The translations under genes were made by a program, and so were the position numbers. Shown piece by piece: positions 52,124 to 61,292 of a stretch of 64,000 nucleotides of DNA (positions are counted from its first letter, which is position 1; each line of letters starts with the position of its first letter). The stretch covers positions 314 to 64,313 of the forward strand of contig JBLHIE010000002.1 in NCBI GenBank assembly GCA_047614925.1, given 5' to 3'. Below the pieces are notes generated by a model that made no database searches, was not told where the DNA came from, and was given only the letters and a program-made list of their open reading frames with translations. Source of the stretch: Arenicella sp. GTDB taxonomy: Bacteria; Bacteroidota; Bacteroidia; Flavobacteriales; Flavobacteriaceae.

Positions 52124-53737
52124 ATGAAAAAAACGCTTTTACTCTTCGGCACACTCATCTTACTTTTTTCGTGCACTAAAGAAGTGGTGGACCTCATCGT
52201 AATCAACTCGAATACGTACACTGTAAACACTAATTTTGACCAAGCAACCGCTTTTGCCATTAAAGACGGTGTCTTTGTAGCTGTTGGAGAAAACGATGAA
52301 ATTACAGGTAGGTATCAATCGAATATCTTTATAGATGCAAAAAATCAGACGATCGTTCCTGGTCTAATAGATGCACATTGCCATTTTTATAGAATGGGTC
52401 TGCAACAGCAAAAAGTTTCTTTAGAAGGTACTAAAAGTTATGATGACGTATTAGACAAGCTTGTTGCTTTTCAAAAAGAAAAAAACACCACTTTTATTAC
52501 GGGTCGTGGCTGGGATCAAAATGATTGGGAAGTCAAAGAGTTTCCTACCAAAGAAAAACTAGATGCCTTATTCCCAACAATTCCGGTGGCAATTAGCAGG
52601 GTTGATGGGCATGCTTTATTGGTGAATCAGGCAGCCATTGATTTGGCAGGAATTACAAAAGGTACGCAAGTTTCTGGTGGAGAAATCATTGTAGAAAATG
52701 GTAAAATGACGGGCGTTTTAATTGATGCAGCTATGGATTTTATTAAATTTCCAAACACCTCAAAAAAAGCAGCAATTCAGGGTTTACTAGCTGCACAAAA
52801 AACTTCTTTTTCTTATGGATTGACAACCGTTGACGATGCTGGTTTAGATAGAAACACCATTGAATTGATTGACAGTTTGCAACAAGTTGGAGTTTTAAAA
52901 ATGCGTATATACGCGATGGTTTCTGGAGACAAACAAGCACAAATTGATTACTACATAAAAAAAGGAATTGTAAAAACAGACAAGTTAAATGTGCGTTCTT
53001 TTAAGATTTATGGAGACGGTGCTTTAGGCTCTAGAGGGGCTGCAATGCGAACCTCTTATTCAGATAGAGAAAATCATTTTGGTGCACTTATTTATTCCCC
53101 AGAAAGATATCAAGAAATTGCAAAACAAATTGCAGCTTCAGAATACCAAATGAATACCCATGCCATTGGAGATTCTGCAAATACCTGGATGTTAAAAACG
53201 TACAAAGAGGTTTTAAAAAACACAAAGAACAGACGTTGGAGAATTGAACATGCGCAAATAATTTCTGAAGAAGATTTTAATCATTTTGATAATATTTTGC
53301 CTTCAGTACAACCAACACACGCAACCTCCGATATGTATTGGGTTGGAGATCGCGTTGGTAAAGAAAGAATGAAAGGTGCCTACGCGTTTAAAAAGCTATT
53401 AGATACCTATGGAAAAATTGCCTTGGGAACAGACTTTCCTGTAGAACAAGTAAATCCGTTTCTAACCTTCTATGCTGCAACCGTTAGAAAAGATACAAAC
53501 AACTACCCGAAAGATGGGTTTCAAATGGAAAACGTTTTGTCTCGAGAAGAAACCTTAAAAGGGATGACCATTTGGGCGGCCTACTCTAATTTTGAAGAAG
53601 AAGAAAAAGGGTCTATTGAAGTTGGTAAATTTGCTGATTTTGTAATTCTGAATCAAAATATTATGAAAGTTGAAGAAAGTAAAATCCCTAAAACGACTGC
53701 TGTATCAACTTATTTAAACGGGGAAAAGGTTTATTAA
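52124..53737 (+). CDS. Amidohydrolase (YtcJ-like) lipoprotein
   Basis: PGLIDAHCH, DGALGSRGA, HAIGD, RIEHAQ, GTDFPVE, GKFADF. Confidence 0.9.
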   Translation: MKKTLLLFGTLILLFSCTKEVVDLIVINSNTYTVNTNFDQATAFAIKDGVFVAVGENDEITGRYQSNIFIDAKNQTIVPGLIDAHCHFYRMGLQQQKVSLEGTKSYDDVLDKLVAFQKEKNTTFITGRGWDQNDWEVKEFPTKEKLDALFPTIPVAISRVDGHALLVNQAAIDLAGITKGTQVSGGEIIVENGKMTGVLIDAAMDFIKFPNTSKKAAIQGLLAAQKTSFSYGLTTVDDAGLDRNTIELIDSLQQVGVLKMRIYAMVSGDKQAQIDYYIKKGIVKTDKLNVRSFKIYGDGALGSRGAAMRTSYSDRENHFGALIYSPERYQEIAKQIAASEYQMNTHAIGDSANTWMLKTYKEVLKNTKNRRWRIEHAQIISEEDFNHFDNILPSVQPTHATSDMYWVGDRVGKERMKGAYAFKKLLDTYGKIALGTDFPVEQVNPFLTFYAATVRKDTNNYPKDGFQMENVLSREETLKGMTIWAAYSNFEEEEKGSIEVGKFADFVILNQNIMKVEESKIPKTTAVSTYLNGEKVY

Positions 53738-53778
53738 AATAATCAGAGTATCTTTGTCTAAAATTTAAAAAACACACA

Positions 53779-54228
53779 ATGAAAGCCTATTTATTTTTTA
53801 TTTTTTCACTACTTATTTTTACATCTTGCGCTAGCGAAGACGCAGATTTTAATGCTCAAACGGAAGCAGATATTATTGCGTATATAGCAGCAAATGATTT
53901 AAATGCGACAAGAACAAACTCTGGCCTATATTATATAATTAACAACGGTGGTTCTGGAACAAGACCTACAAGTACTAGTAATGTTACTGTTGCCTATAAA
54001 GGTTATTTTTTAGATGGAAGCACCTTTGACCAAAGTGGTGACGCTGGTGTTTCTTTTGGACTAAATCAGGTAATTCCGGGTTGGACAGAAGGTATTCCAC
54101 TTTTCAAGGAAGGTGGAGAAGGCATGTTATTAATCCCTTACAACTTAGGTTACGGAGCAAATACACACAATGGAATTCCTGGTGGTTCTGTTTTACTTTT
54201 TGATATCAAATTAATTAGTGTAAACTAA
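53779..54228 (+). CDS. FKBP-type peptidyl-prolyl isomerase lipoprotein
   Basis: SGLYY, YKG..LDG..FD, VIPGWTEG, IP..LGYG, IPGGSVL.F. Confidence 0.92.
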   Translation: MKAYLFFIFSLLIFTSCASEDADFNAQTEADIIAYIAANDLNATRTNSGLYYIINNGGSGTRPTSTSNVTVAYKGYFLDGSTFDQSGDAGVSFGLNQVIPGWTEGIPLFKEGGEGMLLIPYNLGYGANTHNGIPGGSVLLFDIKLISVN

Positions 54229-54246
54229 ATCAGATTTAATACTCAT

Positions 54247-54280
54247 AAAAAAAGCGAAACTTAGGAAGTTTCGCTCTTTT
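54247..54280. terminator. Bidirectional terminator
   Basis: AGCGAAACTT / AAGTTTCGCT flanked by A and T tracts between FKBP and trpA. Confidence 0.75.
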
Positions 54281-54284
54281 TATT

Positions 54285-55052
54285 TTAAGAAATGATTGGT
54301 TTTATAAAATTATCAATTTTTGTAATTCCAGTATCTCCTATATGCTTTATAAAGGCAGAACCTACAATGGCTCCGTTTGCATAAGAACACGCCGTATTAA
54401 AAGTAACTTTATCCGAAATACCAAAACCTATAATTAATTTACTTTCAAGGTTCATCGCTTTTATTCTCTCGAAATATTCAATTTGACTGTTCGAAATATC
54501 TCCTTTTGCACCTGTAATAGATGCAGATGCCACTACATAAATAAATGCCTTCGAATAAGAATCTATCTTTCTAATTCGTTCTTCCGAAGTATGTGGCGTT
54601 ATTAAAAAAATATTTGTAAGTCCGTATTTTTCAAATAATTCCTTGTAATGGTTTTCAAATTCTACCATCGGCAAATCTGGAAGAATAACGGTATCAATTC
54701 CACAAGCTACAAGGGCTTTACAAAATTTATCTTCGCCGTATTTTAATAACTGGTTCAGATACCCCATTGCAACCAAAGGCGTCTCATTTGTTTCTTTAAT
54801 GGTTTTTAGTTGTTCAAAAATAACATCTAGATTAATACCATTTTCCAAAGCTTCATGGCTGCTTTTTTGTATTGTGGGCCCATCTGCTAAAGGATCTGAA
54901 TATGGCAAACCAACTTCAATAAAATCGACACCACTTTGCGCTAATGCAGCAATTACTTTCGTTGTATCTTCTAATTTAGGATACCCACAAGTAAAATAAA
55001 TAGACAATAAGTTTTTATCTTTTTTTTGAAATAATTCTTGAATCGAATTCAT
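54285..55052 (-). CDS. trpA: Tryptophan synthase alpha chain
   Basis: [27 protein letters not shown]. Confidence 0.97.
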   Translation of the reverse strand: MNSIQELFQKKDKNLLSIYFTCGYPKLEDTTKVIAALAQSGVDFIEVGLPYSDPLADGPTIQKSSHEALENGINLDVIFEQLKTIKETNETPLVAMGYLNQLLKYGEDKFCKALVACGIDTVILPDLPMVEFENHYKELFEKYGLTNIFLITPHTSEERIRKIDSYSKAFIYVVASASITGAKGDISNSQIEYFERIKAMNLESKLIIGFGISDKVTFNTACSYANGAIVGSAFIKHIGDTGITKIDNFIKPIIS

Positions 55053-55837
55053 ATGACTATTTTTAATTGTGCTGTTATTTCTTGCTCAATGGCACTCCAC
55101 AAGTTAATTCTTAATTGCAATGCTCTTTTACCTGTCTCTAAAACTTCTTCCCATTTCTGTGCATCACTGCCACATAGTTCTTCAATCATTCTTAAAGATA
55201 AAGGTCCGTGTTCATCACCATCCAATTCAATATGTCTCTTTAAATAATAATTAAAACTATCGTAAGATTTATTATTTTCTAGCGTAGCTTTGTCAATAAT
55301 ACTGATAAACATATCAGGAATTACATCTTCTCTTCCAAAGGTAAAAGAAGCGGCAATTAAATGTGTTTTATTTGTTTTTATAGTATCAAACGTAAAGTTT
55401 AAAAACGCTTTTACGGCAGCTGGTATTGCAACGCTTTCCAATGCTTCTTCTACGGAAATATTTGATGCTAATAATTGAAGTAAATCGTTCATTTTACTAG
55501 GATCTGCATTGACCTCATTCATCGCCGTCAAATACATTTCAAAATGACTTTTAACCACTCCGTGTGCATCGTGATCACTTTCTTCAGCGACTACAATTTC
55601 ATTAATAAAACGTGCTAATTCGGCGTTTTTAACCGGTGTCCAAGGAATAGAAACGCAGGTTAAATTAATCTGTATTGCTTTTAAAAGCGACATAAAATCC
55701 CAGACTGCAAAAACATGCAACGACATAAATGTCTGTACATCCTCTAAAGTATGAAGTTTCTTGTACAGAGAATGATTTTTCAACTCGTTTCTTAAATCCC
55801 CCAACTCTTTTTCAATATGTGCTATATTGCTATTCAT
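55049..55837 (-). CDS. DUF3050 family protein (heme-oxygenase-like diiron fold)
   Basis: [47 protein letters not shown]. Confidence 0.85.
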   Translation of the reverse strand: MNSNIAHIEKELGDLRNELKNHSLYKKLHTLEDVQTFMSLHVFAVWDFMSLLKAIQINLTCVSIPWTPVKNAELARFINEIVVAEESDHDAHGVVKSHFEMYLTAMNEVNADPSKMNDLLQLLASNISVEEALESVAIPAAVKAFLNFTFDTIKTNKTHLIAASFTFGREDVIPDMFISIIDKATLENNKSYDSFNYYLKRHIELDGDEHGPLSLRMIEELCGSDAQKWEEVLETGKRALQLRINLWSAIEQEITAQLKIVI

Positions 55838-55843
55838 AATTCT

Positions 55844-57028
55844 CTATGCTTCTAAATATTTTGTATAAATCTCTAAATCTTTATCTCCTCTACCCGATAA
55901 ATTTATGACCACAACCTGGTCTTTTCTAAACGTAATTTTGTCTAAAATAGCCAATGCATGTGCAGTTTCTAAAGCAGGAATAATTCCTTCTATCTTCGTC
56001 AATTCAAAAGCGGCATCTAACGCTTCTTGATCTGTAGCGCTCATAAATTTTGCTCTACCACTTTCATATAAAAAAGCATGCAAAGGCCCAACTCCTGGAT
56101 AATCTAACCCTGCAGATATCGAATAAGGCTCTACAATTTGTCCATATTCATCTTGCATTAAAATGGTTTTACTTCCGTGAATAATACCTACTTGCCCCAA
56201 TTGAGAAGTGGCCGCACTTTCACCAGAATGTACTCCTAGACCTGCCGCTTCCACAGCAATTAATTCTACCTCTTCATCATCTAAATAATGATAAAAAGCA
56301 CCGGCAGCATTAGAGCCACCACCAACACAGGCAATAATAGTATCTGGATTCTCTTTTCCTGTTTTCTCCTTTAATTGCCATTTCATTTCTTCTGAAATAA
56401 TGGCTTGCAAGCGTGCCACCATATCTGGATGCGGTGCAGGTCCCACAACAGAACCAATTAAATAAAACGTTTCCGGATGCTGGATCCAATAACGTATTGC
56501 TTCGTTTGTAGCATCTTTTAGCGTTTTAGAACCACTGATTGCAGGCACTACTTTTGCTCCCAACATTTTCATTCTAGTTACATTTGGTGCCTGGCGCACA
56601 ATGTCCTTTTCGCCCATAAAAACAGTGCATTCTAATCCCATTAATGCACAAACAGTTGCGGTTGCAACTCCATGCTGTCCTGCCCCTGTTTCGGCGATAA
56701 TCTTCGTTTTGCCTAATTTCTGTGCAATTAAAATTTGACCAACCGTATTGTTAATTTTGTGCGCACCCGTATGACACAAGTCTTCCCGTTTTAAATAAAT
56801 AGTTGCACCGTGTTTTTCTGACAATCTTTTTGCCAGATACAAAGGTGTAGGTCTGCCAACATATTCTTTTAAGAGCTCTTTATATTCTGCTTGAAATTCT
56901 GAAGATTCGATAATCTGAATGTAATTATCTGCTAATTCTTGCACATTTGGATGCAATAATTCTGGAATAAACGCACCTCCAAATTGTCCGAAATATCCGT
57001 TTTTGTCTGGGTGAAATTTTGATTTCAT
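55844..57028 (-). CDS. trpB: Tryptophan synthase beta chain
   Basis: [47 protein letters not shown]. Confidence 0.98.
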   Translation of the reverse strand: MKSKFHPDKNGYFGQFGGAFIPELLHPNVQELADNYIQIIESSEFQAEYKELLKEYVGRPTPLYLAKRLSEKHGATIYLKREDLCHTGAHKINNTVGQILIAQKLGKTKIIAETGAGQHGVATATVCALMGLECTVFMGEKDIVRQAPNVTRMKMLGAKVVPAISGSKTLKDATNEAIRYWIQHPETFYLIGSVVGPAPHPDMVARLQAIISEEMKWQLKEKTGKENPDTIIACVGGGSNAAGAFYHYLDDEEVELIAVEAAGLGVHSGESAATSQLGQVGIIHGSKTILMQDEYGQIVEPYSISAGLDYPGVGPLHAFLYESGRAKFMSATDQEALDAAFELTKIEGIIPALETAHALAILDKITFRKDQVVVINLSGRGDKDLEIYTKYLEA

Positions 57029-57081
57029 ATCTTTATCTTGTATAATGGTATTCTTGTTAATTCCTTTAAATATTTTAACAG

Positions 57082-57777
57082 CTAAATAGTTAACTCTTTT
57101 TTAAACTTTTTTAATTCTTCTATATTTTTTTTTCCTGGAGCAGTTTCAAATTTACTATTTACATCTAAAGCATAAATTGGTAATTCTAAGTTGCTTAATT
57201 TTTGGAACTCTTCTAAATCAGTTAGTCCAATTCCTCCACTTAAAAAGAAAGGTTTTTCGAAAGGATAGTTTTCTAATACCTGCCAATTAAATTTGGTTCC
57301 GTTTCCTCCTCTTTCTTTTCCTTTGGTATCAAACAAAAAGAAATCAACTACCTCTAAATAAGGTTTTAAAACGTCAAAATCAAATGCATCTTTAATTCCG
57401 AATACTTTAATAATCTCAAGGCTATTTTCTAAAATATAATGCTGATTTTTTTTCTTTTTTATCTGCTTGTTTTCTTCCATAAACAAGACTTTTCTTTCTG
57501 CCAACTGCTTTGTTAACTCTTCTATATAAATTACAGATTCATCGCCATGCAATTGAATAGCTTCCAATCGATATTCTTCAACCATAGAAATTACAATTTC
57601 AAGCATTTCATTTACAAAAACACCTGTCTTTTTAATTCCTTTTGGTAACGCTGGAATAATCCCTTCAAAATTCCGTTTCGATTTTTCATAGAATATAAAT
57701 CCCAAATAGTCTGGCTGTAAACCTGCAACTTCTTGGATATTTTCTACGTATTTCATTCCGCATACTTTCAATTTCAT
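57082..57777 (-). CDS. trpF: Phosphoribosylanthranilate isomerase
   Basis: MKLKVCG, QLHGDE, FLSGGI, DVNSKFE; start set at 57777 (ATGA overlap). Confidence 0.95.
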   Translation of the reverse strand: MKLKVCGMKYVENIQEVAGLQPDYLGFIFYEKSKRNFEGIIPALPKGIKKTGVFVNEMLEIVISMVEEYRLEAIQLHGDESVIYIEELTKQLAERKVLFMEENKQIKKKKNQHYILENSLEIIKVFGIKDAFDFDVLKPYLEVVDFFLFDTKGKERGGNGTKFNWQVLENYPFEKPFFLSGGIGLTDLEEFQKLSNLELPIYALDVNSKFETAPGKKNIEELKKFKKELTI

Positions 57778-58253
57778 ACCATTGCTGTTTTCCAATTATT
57801 TAATTTCTCTCTAAATGAAAATCTTGCATTTGCAGGACTTGTAGACAAAACTGTTTTGTACTGTATATTCTCTATTTCGCTAAAATAATTACGATATAAT
57901 TTCTCAGCCTTTTTTCCATTAAATAGTATTTGCTTCACCGAAGGAAACATTTCTATTACTTCATTAATGGGGTTTGGCTCCTCATTTTTTTTATCAGAAG
58001 CTAAACTTGTTGTTCGTTCTCCAAATTGGCAAATATCCCATATTGCAATATGATTCCGCTTTAAAACATCCGTTCTTTCTGCATAGTTCTCACTAAAAAC
58101 GGTTTCTGTTAACTCATAAATAATTTTCCAAAAAGAGTTTCTATTATTCGCATAATATTGTTGTTTCCTTAAAGACTCTTTCCCTGGCATGGTGCCTAAA
58201 ATAAAAATTTTAGGATTTGCTGGTAAAATAGGATCAAAAGAAACGCGTTCCAT
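57774..58253 (-). CDS. UDG-superfamily DNA glycosylase (deoxyinosine / G:U mismatch type)
   Basis: ILGTMPG..SL...QYYA...NSFW, IWD, FNGKKA, STSPANA. Confidence 0.85.
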   Translation of the reverse strand: MERVSFDPILPANPKIFILGTMPGKESLRKQQYYANNRNSFWKIIYELTETVFSENYAERTDVLKRNHIAIWDICQFGERTTSLASDKKNEEPNPINEVIEMFPSVKQILFNGKKAEKLYRNYFSEIENIQYKTVLSTSPANARFSFREKLNNWKTAMV

Positions 58254-58254
58254 A

Positions 58255-59043
58255 TTATCTCAATTGACTAATAAATTCTAAACAAGCGTCTCCAGGGTTT
58301 TCTTTATTCATAAAGGTTTCACCAATTAAAAATCCTTGGAAACCGTATTCCTTTAAACCCATGATAATTTTTGGATCTGAAATTCCGCTTTCAGAAATCT
58401 TAATACTGCTGTCAGGAATTTGATTTGATAGTTTAATAGAATTTTCTAAGTCAACTTCAAAAGTGTTTAAATTCCGATTATTAATTCCGATGATTTTATT
58501 GTCTAAATCGTTAATTTTATCCAAATCTTCTTGTGTATGCACTTCGTATAAAACTTCTAAACCTATATCGTTTGCTAGGTTTCCATAATTTTTTAATTCT
58601 TCGGAAGTTAAACAAGCAGCAATCAAAAGAATTACATCTGCACCAATTGCTTTTGCCTCTACAATCTGAAATCCGTCTACAATAAAATCTTTTCTTAAAA
58701 TGGGTTTTTGTTGATTGATAACTCTTGCTTCCATCAAATCTGCCATCGATCCCCCAAAAAATGAAGTATCTGTTAAAATAGATTGCGCAGCAACATTCGC
58801 GTCTAAATACCCGTTGGTTACATCTGCAATTGTAGCCGTATCATTAATAATTCCTTTAGATGGAGATTGACGTTTAAACTCAGCAATAATACCGGTAGAA
58901 CCAACTTCTAATAAAGATTTTTTTAAGGAGAAAACTTCTCTTGCAAAATTCGGACTCTCAACTAATTTCTTAATGGAAACTTCCGCTTTTATTTTCGCTA
59001 TTTCTGTCTTCTTAAATGCGATTATTTTATCTAATATTGTCAT
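58255..59043 (-). CDS. trpC: Indole-3-glycerol phosphate synthase
   Basis: IAEFKRQSPSKG, LRKDF, GINNRNL, SESGI. Confidence 0.97.
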   Translation of the reverse strand: MTILDKIIAFKKTEIAKIKAEVSIKKLVESPNFAREVFSLKKSLLEVGSTGIIAEFKRQSPSKGIINDTATIADVTNGYLDANVAAQSILTDTSFFGGSMADLMEARVINQQKPILRKDFIVDGFQIVEAKAIGADVILLIAACLTSEELKNYGNLANDIGLEVLYEVHTQEDLDKINDLDNKIIGINNRNLNTFEVDLENSIKLSNQIPDSSIKISESGISDPKIIMGLKEYGFQGFLIGETFMNKENPGDACLEFISQLR

Positions 59044-59057
59044 TTCTTATTTTTTCT

Positions 59058-59131
59058 GTCATTGCGAGGGACGAAGCAATCTGTTCATTTTAATCGAAAG
59101 ATTTTTTCAGTCATGCTTCCTTCGGAAGGAC
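59058..59131. repeat. REP-like palindromic element, GTCATTGCGA type
   Basis: GTCATTGCGAGG...GAAGCAATCT...AGATT...CCTTCGGAAGGAC; second copy at 61092. Confidence 0.65.
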
Positions 59132-59134
59132 GTT

Positions 59135-59311
59135 TTATGTGTTTTTCTTAATTAATTTATTTCTGTGCTTCAAAAAAAAGTAAACAAGAATCCCAACAAT
59201 AAATCCTACGAGTGTATCTCTTAAAATATTAGTTGTTTGAATACCCACTGCAGCGCCCATTAATAAAAAGGCAGGTATAATTGAGCGTAAACTATTTTTC
59301 TTTTTTGTCAT
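59135..59311 (-). CDS. Small membrane protein (58 aa), below the ORF-track cutoff
   Basis: MTKKKNSLRSIIPAFLLMGAAVGIQTTNILRDTLVGFIVGILVYFFLKHRNKLIKKNT*; ATG 1 nt after the trpD stop; two hydrophobic segments with basic flanks. Confidence 0.7.
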   Translation of the reverse strand: MTKKKNSLRSIIPAFLLMGAAVGIQTTNILRDTLVGFIVGILVYFFLKHRNKLIKKNT

Positions 59312-59312
59312 G

Positions 59313-60302
59313 TTAAATACGTACTAATTTCTCTAATGTTTGTTTTGCTTTCAATCCAAAAAGCGATTCTTTTGCTTCACTAAAGGCAGTTTCGAAACTC
59401 TTTGAATCGTCTACAATTCTTAAAGCAAAAGCAGCATTTGTTAACACCACGTTATTTTGTGCATCTGTTCCGTTTCCTTCTAAAATAGACTTAAAAATCT
59501 TCGCTGCACTTGCTACAGAATTTCCTCCAAATATTTCTGATTGCTGAATTCTCTTTTGTCCTAAATCTTCTGGATGTATAATTTGTTCTCCTTTTTTAGT
59601 GAAAAATTTAAATCCGCTTGTCAATGAAATTTCATCATACCCATCTAATGCATGCACTATGCCGTAATTAACGTTTTCTTCTTGTAATATATAATTGTAC
59701 AAACGAGCAATTTCTAAATTAAAAGTTCCTAGCATATGATTCTTGGGCGAACTAGGGTTTACCAGCGGACCTAACATATTAAAAAACGTTTTTAATGCCA
59801 ATGCTTTTCTTGTTGAACTCACCGCTTTCATTGCTGGATGAAATTTTGGCGCATGTAAAAAACAAATATTTGCTTTCTCTAAATGCGTTCTTAAAACGGC
59901 CTGATCATTCGTAAAATGGTACCCAAAACTTTCTAACATATCGGAAGAACCAGACTGAGAAGACACAGAGTAATTACCGTGTTTTGCTACTTTCTGTCCA
60001 GTTCCTGCAACAATAAACGACGTTAGGGTAGAGATGTTAAAAGTATCTTTACCGTCGCCACCAGTGCCCACAATATCAATAGTGTTATAATCTGACAAAT
60101 CTACTTTTATACACAGCTCTATCAATGCATTTCTAAAACCAGAAAGCTCATCTGCCGTGATAGGACGCATCATAAAAACTGTCATAAAGGATGCCAAATG
60201 GGCATCATTGTACTTTTCTAAAGCAATGTCCTTTAAAACTTGTGTTGCTTCCCCTTTTGACAATCTTTCGTGATTATATAATTTGTTTAAAATTGCTTTC
60301 AT
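59313..60302 (-). CDS. trpD: Anthranilate phosphoribosyltransferase
   Basis: DIVGTGGDG...FNIST, KHGN, GPLVNP, DGYDEIS; start set at MKAIL (60302). Confidence 0.97.
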   Translation of the reverse strand: MKAILNKLYNHERLSKGEATQVLKDIALEKYNDAHLASFMTVFMMRPITADELSGFRNALIELCIKVDLSDYNTIDIVGTGGDGKDTFNISTLTSFIVAGTGQKVAKHGNYSVSSQSGSSDMLESFGYHFTNDQAVLRTHLEKANICFLHAPKFHPAMKAVSSTRKALALKTFFNMLGPLVNPSSPKNHMLGTFNLEIARLYNYILQEENVNYGIVHALDGYDEISLTSGFKFFTKKGEQIIHPEDLGQKRIQQSEIFGGNSVASAAKIFKSILEGNGTDAQNNVVLTNAAFALRIVDDSKSFETAFSEAKESLFGLKAKQTLEKLVRI

Positions 60303-60316
60303 TTTTTGCTTCTCTT

Positions 60317-60409
60317 GCAAGGTTTCAAAAACCATGCAGGTATTTATTAGTTGTTATTGATATACCTACTAAGCTTTTATAACCTTTTAGGATGTTTTTG
60401 AAACCTTGC
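60317..60409. repeat. 16-bp perfect inverted repeat (REP-like doublet)
   Basis: GCAAGGTTTCAAAAAC (60317-60332) / GTTTTTGAAACCTTGC (60394-60409). Confidence 0.75.
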
Positions 60410-60498
60410 CATAATTGAGACATTTTACAAACAGCTATTTGAAAGTAAAATAGAAGCAATACAAAGTTATCTCAAAACTTTATCAACTCCCTATTTTA

Positions 60499-61077
60499 TT
60501 ACTTTTTTACGCTATTTATAAAGTTTCTCAATAACTGCTCTCCAACGTCTGTTAAAATAGATTCTGGATGAAATTGAACTGCAGAAATTGGAAATATTTT
60601 ATGCTGAATTGCTTGAATTAGACCGTCTTCATCTCTTGCAGTGACCAGAATTTCTTCAGGAAAACCGGCATCTGTTGCTGCCCAAGAATGATACCGTGCC
60701 GCTAAAAATGTTTCTGGAACATCCTTAAAAATAATAGCCTCTTTCGCTGTAACTCTCATTTCTGTTGCAACTCCGTGAAATACATCTTCTAAATTGATGA
60801 TGGTTCCGCCAAAAACTTCGGTAATTGCTTGCAAACCCAAACACACTCCGAAGATTGGTTTTATACCAGCATATCTTTTAATTACCTCTTTTAAAATTCC
60901 TGCTTCATCCGGGATTCCTGGTCCTGGAGACAACATAATCACATCATAATTCCCTACAGCTTCAATGCTAATTTCATCGTTTCTAAAAATTGTAGGAAAA
61001 TTTCCTGTGATTTTCTCTACCAAATGCACCAAGTTATAGGTGAAAGAGTCGTAATTATCTAAAATTAATATGTTCAT
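60499..61077 (-). CDS. trpG: Anthranilate synthase component II
   Basis: DNYDSFTYNL, SPGPG, GVCLG, RYHS, QFHPES. Confidence 0.95.
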   Translation of the reverse strand: MNILILDNYDSFTYNLVHLVEKITGNFPTIFRNDEISIEAVGNYDVIMLSPGPGIPDEAGILKEVIKRYAGIKPIFGVCLGLQAITEVFGGTIINLEDVFHGVATEMRVTAKEAIIFKDVPETFLAARYHSWAATDAGFPEEILVTARDEDGLIQAIQHKIFPISAVQFHPESILTDVGEQLLRNFINSVKK

Positions 61078-61091
61078 CTTTATTTCTAATT

Positions 61092-61178
61092 GTCATTGCG
61101 AAGCAAATTTTTCATTTGCTGTGGCAATCTGTTTATTAATTAAGAAATTACTTCGTCGGAAAAACTCCTCGTAATAAC
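61092..61178. repeat. REP-like palindromic element, GTCATTGCGA type
   Basis: GTCATTGCGA...GGCAATCTGTT...TTACTTCGTC...CCTCGTAATAAC; homologous to 59058-59131. Confidence 0.65.
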
Positions 61179-61292
61179 TTAAAACTCAATTTGTGTTAGG
61201 GATTTAAACCGTTCGAATATCTGCTGATATTCTTAACCTTTTTATTTTCTTTTTAAAATAAAAAGATATCCTGAAAAGCCCGCTCGAACGCC

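Noticed and set aside
60410-60498. Possible gene remnant between trpG and trpD
   Set aside because: It is a short open stretch with no start codon or recognisable motif.
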